Shown in pieces: positions 56,474-61,426 of a stretch of DNA of 61,426 nt. Under the pieces are notes generated by a model. It did no database searches. It saw only the letters and a list, made by a program, of their open reading frames with translations, and was not told the origin of the DNA. Position 1 is the stretch's first letter, and every line of letters begins with the position of its first letter. Source of the DNA: a virus (taxonomy: Duplodnaviria; Caudoviricetes); IMG/VR virus record IMGVR_UViG_3300044297_000148, positions 1 to 61,426 of that record; one strand, written 5' to 3'. A program made the translations under genes and the position numbers.

Positions 56474-57424
56474 TTAACACTGACCATAGTTTTCCCCTAT
56501 CCCTGACTCGCAATTAAGCGGCAAGCCTTGCGCCCATTCCGGAGCCCAGCGCATGCACTCTTCTACGTAAGCTTGCGATTCAAGGGCTTCTTCTTTCTTT
56601 ACGACACAGCCAATAGCATCGTGCACAGTCAAAACTACCCGGTACCGTTTAGAAATACGAATCATCTGCAGCCCGATAATTATGCGGGCTAAATGCTGCA
56701 CAATATTTTCCGTGAGCTTACCGCCCCAGATGTCGGTCTTCCCGGTACGAGAATCATACAGGAACTTTTCCTGACCCTTGGGGTCACGCCAACGCCGAAG
56801 CCGATGATACTTAATAGGTATCCCCAGAGGGGTGTGAAACATCCCAAAAGCAAGTTTGATTACTTCTGGCCTGCCAAACGGGGCCGTCTGCCCATCGATT
56901 GCAGCGGCGATAGCAGTGTTACCCTGATCCCATAGTTTAGGAATCTTGAAGTAGTTCCGGCGGTAGGTATCCACGATGTGACGGCATTCATCCAGCGTCA
57001 TCTCAATGGAAGGAGTAGCCCCTTTCAGAAACACCTGCAACTTTGCCGCACCAGTCCCATACCCGCAACCGAGGATTACCGTTTTTCCAACAAAGCGTTC
57101 CTGCTTGGTAATCTGATCCACCGGCTTGGCGTAGATGAGGCTTGCCATGATCGAATAAACGTCCTGTTTATTCCTGAACGCTTCTACAAGATCGGTTTGC
57201 CCGGAGAGCCATGCAAGAATGCGGGCCTCGATCTGGGCTGAGTCTGCGTCGATGATGACGTACCCGGGCGGAGGCAAAATGGAGCTTTTCAACGTACCAG
57301 CGTTTTCGCCCCGGCTTGGTAGATTCTGAAGATTTATCTTGTCTGAGTTATGCACCAACTTACCGTTGGCGACAAATCGATGGCGGGGTCCGCAGTTTTG
57401 AATGTCATACACCGCGACGAGCAT
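56474..57424 (-). CDS. polA: DNA polymerase A, C-terminal fragment, with 26-aa IntC of a split intein
   Basis: MLVAVYDIQNCGPRHRFVANGKLVHN|SDKINLQNLP; motif A DSAQIEAR, B RFVGKTVILGCGY, C TVHD; own GGAG RBS. Confidence 0.92.
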   Translation of the reverse strand: MLVAVYDIQNCGPRHRFVANGKLVHNSDKINLQNLPSRGENAGTLKSSILPPPGYVIIDADSAQIEARILAWLSGQTDLVEAFRNKQDVYSIMASLIYAKPVDQITKQERFVGKTVILGCGYGTGAAKLQVFLKGATPSIEMTLDECRHIVDTYRRNYFKIPKLWDQGNTAIAAAIDGQTAPFGRPEVIKLAFGMFHTPLGIPIKYHRLRRWRDPKGQEKFLYDSRTGKTDIWGGKLTENIVQHLARIIIGLQMIRISKRYRVVLTVHDAIGCVVKKEEALESQAYVEECMRWAPEWAQGLPLNCESGIGENYGQC

Positions 57425-58169
57425 ATTTTCTCCGGTTCAAAATTTCTTCGTCAGTTGTACCTTGCGTAATCCACAGCCGCAAGGTTTCATACGTTAAATC
57501 ATCGCGCAATGCTTTGAGACGACGGATGCGTTCTCCGTTCTGCGTTCTTTTGTACGCACGCTTGTTACGCGCTTGCTCCGTGCGCGACGCCCACCGTAAG
57601 TTGCCCGGCTCATAGTGGCGGTTGTTGTCTACGCGGTCTATGCTATGAAACGGTGACGGACGCACCCCCAAGTTATCTAACACCCACTCTGCGAACGCCC
57701 TGACAGACACAAACTTAAACGCGATACCACGCCCCCCATAGTTGGAGTACCCGAGACTATTTGGGTTAGTACAACGCTGCTTTGCGCCAGCAGCGATATT
57801 GAGCACATGGCTCAATGCCTCTTCGTACTTTTCTTTGTAAGGATCGCGGCGGTCAGCTAGTTTTAGTACAGCCGCTAAAGAAGCTTTTTTAGCCGCTGCA
57901 ATACGTTGCTCCACTGGTACGCGCAACATTCTCAACTTCACTGAGCAAGAACGACAACATCGGGATTTCTGGTCCAGAAGCTCGCGTACCCGCACCAACC
58001 GTTCCCGCCCACACTGGCACTTACACCTGAGCTTGTCTTTTGTTGTCACCCACAAAGAGTCTTGCGGTGTCCACATCGTCTTGGGAAGGGCATCCTCCAA
58101 CCTTGATTTTGTGTTGTCCCTGCATCGCCTCTCGTAAGCTAATCTCTCCGGCGTCTGTAAATACGGCAT
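57405..58169 (-). CDS. HNH homing endonuclease between the split-intein halves (start 58169 or 58076)
   Basis: CKCQCG...CRSC; KQRC.NPN...YGGRGI...SIDRVDNNRHYEPGNLRWA...Q..N. Confidence 0.88.
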   Translation of the reverse strand: MPYLQTPERLAYERRCRDNTKSRLEDALPKTMWTPQDSLWVTTKDKLRCKCQCGRERLVRVRELLDQKSRCCRSCSVKLRMLRVPVEQRIAAAKKASLAAVLKLADRRDPYKEKYEEALSHVLNIAAGAKQRCTNPNSLGYSNYGGRGIAFKFVSVRAFAEWVLDNLGVRPSPFHSIDRVDNNRHYEPGNLRWASRTEQARNKRAYKRTQNGERIRRLKALRDDLTYETLRLWITQGTTDEEILNRRKYARRGV

Positions 58170-59340
58170 GGTCTTCGGTCCCTTTTACCCCGTCCCACTC
58201 GATGACTTCAGAGAAGCCGCTGAACACCACCCCTTCGTGGGGTACGAACGCTTCTCCGTCCCATACAAGGTCATCCAGCAATACGTCCACAATCCTTTTG
58301 GTTTCTACCCCGTTGACCAAATTGTAGACCGTAACCTCCGTATCGGCAACTAAACAACCGCCCCATCTCCCCGTGTGTGCGGCAAAGTATTTCAACGGTA
58401 TGGGCAGCGGGCCACGCTGCGCGATGTCAAGAAACCGCTCGGTACGTGTCTCCTCAATGGTTGACTTCACGCCAAGGCGCACCCCCACGAGCGTCTGCAC
58501 ACCAACATCGGGGTGCTCCAGCAAGTTTTTCATTGCCTGATCGGTCTTGGCGAAAGCAAATGTCGGCTTACCCGTGCGTGCGCTAATCTTGGTCGGCGGG
58601 TTTACCCCGTGCTCAATCAGCAACTGCGCGAACTTGGCGTTGCTCATGAGGGATTTCTTGTTGGTTTTCTTTTCTTCCTCGTCCTCCACTGAGCCGAAGA
58701 GTGAAGCAAGCAGGACTTCTTTCTTCTGGCGTACCTCATGCAGATGCTGCTCAAGGAGCAGTGCGTCCAGCCGCAACACAGGCTCGGTGAACATCTTGAG
58801 AGTCAGGTCAATGAGCTTTAACTCAGTGGGGGGAAACCCCTCCACCATCTTCTGGAAAAGCTTATAAGTAAGCTCGGTGTCGTTGCAGCAGTACCTACCA
58901 TACGCAGCAAGCTCTTCCGGGGTGAAACCCACGCGCCGCTTGCCAAGCGCGTTCTGGACCTCCGTGCCTTTCACGCCAACCCCATAGTGCTCGACCAGCT
59001 TTGCCAAGCTACCCCCGACTTCAATGCCATGCAGGGGGCGTGACATGCTCAAGGTATCAGCCAGAACCCTTGGGTGAATATCAAAAATCCAGCTAAGGAT
59101 GGCACCATCAAACAATGCGTTGTGAGCAAGCGCTATCGAATCCGCCCAAGGAAATTGCATGAGAAAGGTCTTGGTCTCTTCCTTGGTGCCGCTGAACCAA
59201 CTGACTGTACTATTATTCTGCTTGACGGATACCCCGATTACTTCAAATCGGTCATCACGGATGTATTGCTCGGTAGTCAGTTTCGATAGGGAGTATTCCT
59301 TGTCGTAATACGTCTCAAAATCTACTGTAAGCAGTGGCAT
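58021..59340 (-). CDS. polA: DNA polymerase A, N-terminal fragment (3'-5' exonuclease), with 111-aa IntN
   Basis: DFETY, AHNALFD, YCCND exonuclease motifs; HTGRWGG|CLVADTEV block A; GTEDHAV block B. Confidence 0.92.
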   Translation of the reverse strand: MPLLTVDFETYYDKEYSLSKLTTEQYIRDDRFEVIGVSVKQNNSTVSWFSGTKEETKTFLMQFPWADSIALAHNALFDGAILSWIFDIHPRVLADTLSMSRPLHGIEVGGSLAKLVEHYGVGVKGTEVQNALGKRRVGFTPEELAAYGRYCCNDTELTYKLFQKMVEGFPPTELKLIDLTLKMFTEPVLRLDALLLEQHLHEVRQKKEVLLASLFGSVEDEEEKKTNKKSLMSNAKFAQLLIEHGVNPPTKISARTGKPTFAFAKTDQAMKNLLEHPDVGVQTLVGVRLGVKSTIEETRTERFLDIAQRGPLPIPLKYFAAHTGRWGGCLVADTEVTVYNLVNGVETKRIVDVLLDDLVWDGEAFVPHEGVVFSGFSEVIEWDGVKGTEDHAVFTDAGEISLREAMQGQHKIKVGGCPSQDDVDTARLFVGDNKRQAQV

Positions 59341-59342
59341 CC

Positions 59343-59552
59343 CTATCCCCTGTACTTATGCCGCTTGGCAGCTTCGTTTGCTGCCTTGAATGAAAGGATG
59401 AACGAAGTGGAGGTGCGCTTGTAGCACGCCATGCAACGCCAGCGGGTGGCGCGTCCGTTCTGCACTTTGACTTTTTTGACCCCCGGTGCAATCCAACAGG
59501 TTTGGCACATGGGTTGCAGGGAGCTAGGCGTTTTGGTGGACATCAATTTCAT
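59343..59552 (-). CDS. Small Zn-ribbon protein
   Basis: CQTC...WRCMAC. Confidence 0.55.
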   Translation of the reverse strand: MKLMSTKTPSSLQPMCQTCWIAPGVKKVKVQNGRATRWRCMACYKRTSTSFILSFKAANEAAKRHKYRG

Positions 59553-59754
59553 TCAAACAGTAAAGTTTTACAGAGCGCGCGGCCAGCACAATTTCATCGG
59601 CCAGATCAGCGGCTTTCTTCCAGTCTTTTTTCAACAGGGCGTCGTGCGCTTCCAGCCTCAACTGCCTGATCCTGATCATCCCTTCCGAATAGTCCGGGAT
59701 ATTTTTCGTAAAGTTTTGCCTTGAAGTAGTCGTTGCCTGTACCTGTCCAGCCAT
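59524..59754 (-). CDS. Hypothetical protein
   Basis: GGGAG RBS; DYSEG...helical. Confidence 0.55.
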   Translation of the reverse strand: MAGQVQATTTSRQNFTKNIPDYSEGMIRIRQLRLEAHDALLKKDWKKAADLADEIVLAARSVKLYCLNEIDVHQNA

Positions 59755-59787
59755 AAACGATGCTCCCTATACCAGTCCATTTGTCCA

Positions 59788-60117
59788 TCACTTCACCCTG
59801 AGAAGCCAAGTCATCTGCGCAGCAGATATCTTCTGCAGCGATTGCCTTGTCCCCACTAGATCACCGTCCTTGTCCCGGCCAAACGTCACGCAGGGCCACA
59901 TGCAGCGGTCTTCTTTTTGCATCTGGGCCTTGAATTCGGGAGTGCAGTCCTCGCAGTAACTGTTGCGGTAATCTACATTACCGGCAGTCCGGGCAAGTTT
60001 TCGCCATTCAAACCACTGCTCTTGGTCTGTGAAACAAGGCGGTGGTGTGGTCAGCAGTTTACCCCGCAGATCGATATACTCCTCTTCCGACAAATCAAAA
60101 TCCTTGCGTCTTGTCAT
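59788..60117 (-). CDS. Cys-containing hypothetical protein
   Basis: PPCF....W..W...YCEDCTPEF...RC; start at ATGA overlap 60117. Confidence 0.65.
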   Translation of the reverse strand: MTRRKDFDLSEEEYIDLRGKLLTTPPPCFTDQEQWFEWRKLARTAGNVDYRNSYCEDCTPEFKAQMQKEDRCMWPCVTFGRDKDGDLVGTRQSLQKISAAQMTWLLRVK

Positions 60118-60251
60118 GCACCCGCCTTCATTTTCAAGTACCAATACAAAACCACGCCAAGCAAACTGCAAAGCGTAGCAGCGAAAAACCCAAGATAGTA
60201 CGCCTTGAGCAGCGCACCTTTTTCCACCACTATCATGTCGGTTATCTTCAT
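60114..60251 (-). CDS. Small membrane protein
   Basis: 45-aa ORF read manually with YYLGFFAATLCSLLGVVLYW helix. Confidence 0.45.
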   Translation of the reverse strand: MKITDMIVVEKGALLKAYYLGFFAATLCSLLGVVLYWYLKMKAGA

Positions 60252-60396
60252 TTATCACTCCCCCTTCCCCCGGACTCTCGCTGCGCGGCTTCCCGTCCCC
60301 AACATACACAGTGGGCAGACGCCATTCTTACGGCGCACGGGTAAACCGCAGCGGCATCGGTAAATAGGCCTGTCGTTCATCGCTCGTCTCCAGTGT

Positions 60397-60756
60397 TCAT
60401 AGCTTTAGCCCCTTGCATAGCTCAAGCGTCAGCCGTTCAGCTAGTTCACCGAATATTTGGCGGGCGATCTCGGGCTTTCCTTGGTGGGCGAATGCCTTGC
60501 CCTTGATCTCCTTGCGCTGGCCGTTCAGTTCGTAGTGGAACGAGTAGCGGATGCTGTCGTCCATATCGTCTTTGTAAGTGATGCACCGCCCCTTGAACGT
60601 GTTGCTCTCCAGCAGGAAGGACTCAGTTACCTTCTGCCGGGCGGCATCCTCCATTTCCTTGAGCAACCGGACGCTCTCATCCGTAGGTGCTCGTTTCTCG
60701 GTGAAATGAACATCGACCGAGGACGGGCCATGCTGGACGCGATAAGTGTCAAACAT
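60397..60756 (-). CDS. Hypothetical protein
   Basis: GGAGG RBS before MFDTYRV; EKRAPTDESVRLLKEME. Confidence 0.6.
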   Translation of the reverse strand: MFDTYRVQHGPSSVDVHFTEKRAPTDESVRLLKEMEDAARQKVTESFLLESNTFKGRCITYKDDMDDSIRYSFHYELNGQRKEIKGKAFAHQGKPEIARQIFGELAERLTLELCKGLKL

Positions 60757-61204
60757 CCGCGCCTCCAGTGTTCTGCGAGCCAGTCGGCGGCGGGGGAGGG
60801 GGCAAGGGAGTTTTGTAGTAGGCAATGATTTCAACCTTGGTACTTGTAGCAGGGTATCCATACCCTGCCCAATATTTCGTCCAGCGATGATCACCGTCAC
60901 GAAGTAAAAGCCAGCAAGGCGGTTCCGCGCAGACGTATTCATTCGCGGATACTCGCGTCGAAATCCACCCTTCCTGCCGCGCCGGGTGGGCGAAGAGGGG
61001 TTCAAACTCGCGGTCTGTGAATGGCGTCTTTTCCTCGCAGAAGTTCCAAGTTTGGTAGCCCTTCCAACGCCAGCGCCACGCCACCGGCTTTCCCTCCGGC
61101 GCGAGAGAGGCGAGCGCTTGGTCTAGGATCGCCTGTGCGCCGTCCAGATCGGCGGCTCGAACGGCGGTTTCAAAAGCTAGTTGCTGCTCCCGCGTGAGTG
61201 TCAC
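60749..61204 (-). CDS. Mosaic hypothetical protein (PVAWRW, EPLFAHP and PLPPPP modules)
   Basis: AAGGAGG RBS before GTG 61204. Confidence 0.6.
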   Translation of the reverse strand: MTLTREQQLAFETAVRAADLDGAQAILDQALASLAPEGKPVAWRWRWKGYQTWNFCEEKTPFTDREFEPLFAHPARQEGWISTRVSANEYVCAEPPCWLLLRDGDHRWTKYWAGYGYPATSTKVEIIAYYKTPLPPPPPPTGSQNTGGADV

Positions 61205-61287
61205 GGCTTCCTCCTTATCAGAAACTTTTCGATGGCGACCCCAATGACTGCCCCGCCAAGCGACGCGAGAACAAGGATCACCCAATC

Positions 61288-61426
61288 TCCCGCGCTCACG
61301 CCCCCCCCCCTCCGGCTCGCGGGCGAGGGCGGCGTAGTCGTCAGGGAGCGCCTCAAGCAGTACACGATTCAGTCGCCCGACAAAAATGCCGCTGTTCTTC
61401 TCGAAGGCTGCTAGATCTCTAACAGC
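61288..61426. repeat. Terminal direct repeat, right copy
   Basis: Matches 1-141 with 2 fewer C. Confidence 0.95.

Noticed and set aside
57347-58356. One contiguous intein broken by sequencing frameshifts
   Set aside because: Needs two independent indels; IntC has its own ATG and GGAG RBS and the HNH ORF is intact. Not fully excluded without reads

Overview
A complete, circularly assembled ~61.3 kb tailed-phage (Caudoviricetes) genome, probably podovirus-like. Positions 1-141 repeat at 61288-61426, with a poly-C tract of 12 vs 10 nt. The + strand from 15.6 to 49.3 kb is the virion module: TerS, TerL, portal, GroES-like co-chaperonin, scaffold, major capsid protein, HNH, glycosyltransferase, small basic core proteins, adaptors, an S74-chaperone tail fibre, holin/M15 endolysin, nozzle, and three large ejection proteins, the last a transglycosylase/metallopeptidase polyvalent protein. 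The - strand carries replication genes (primase-helicase, SSB, SNF2 helicase, PD-(D/E)XK nuclease, PolA) and early/accessory genes (MoxR AAA + vWA metallopeptidase, M28 peptidase, three tandem hexapeptide-repeat genes, mosaic small genes). The 13.1-15.6 kb control region is almost entirely non-coding. Most notable: (1) the family A DNA polymerase is fractured into two genes joined by a naturally split intein (111-aa IntN, 26-aa IntC), with a free-standing HNH endonuclease between them in a third frame; (2) a ~0.7 kb promoter-driven, boxA-containing, highly structured leader RNA; (3) three families of repeated palindromes on and near promoters; (4) a [FYM]xxGGx[VIL] motif repeated about 17 times across putative internal virion proteins; (5) an accordion-like array of left-handed beta-helix genes; (6) a poly-G tract whose length sets three different gene outcomes. 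No integrase, repressor, tRNA, CRISPR array or reverse transcriptase was recognised. All family assignments come from reading motifs by eye, not from database searches.
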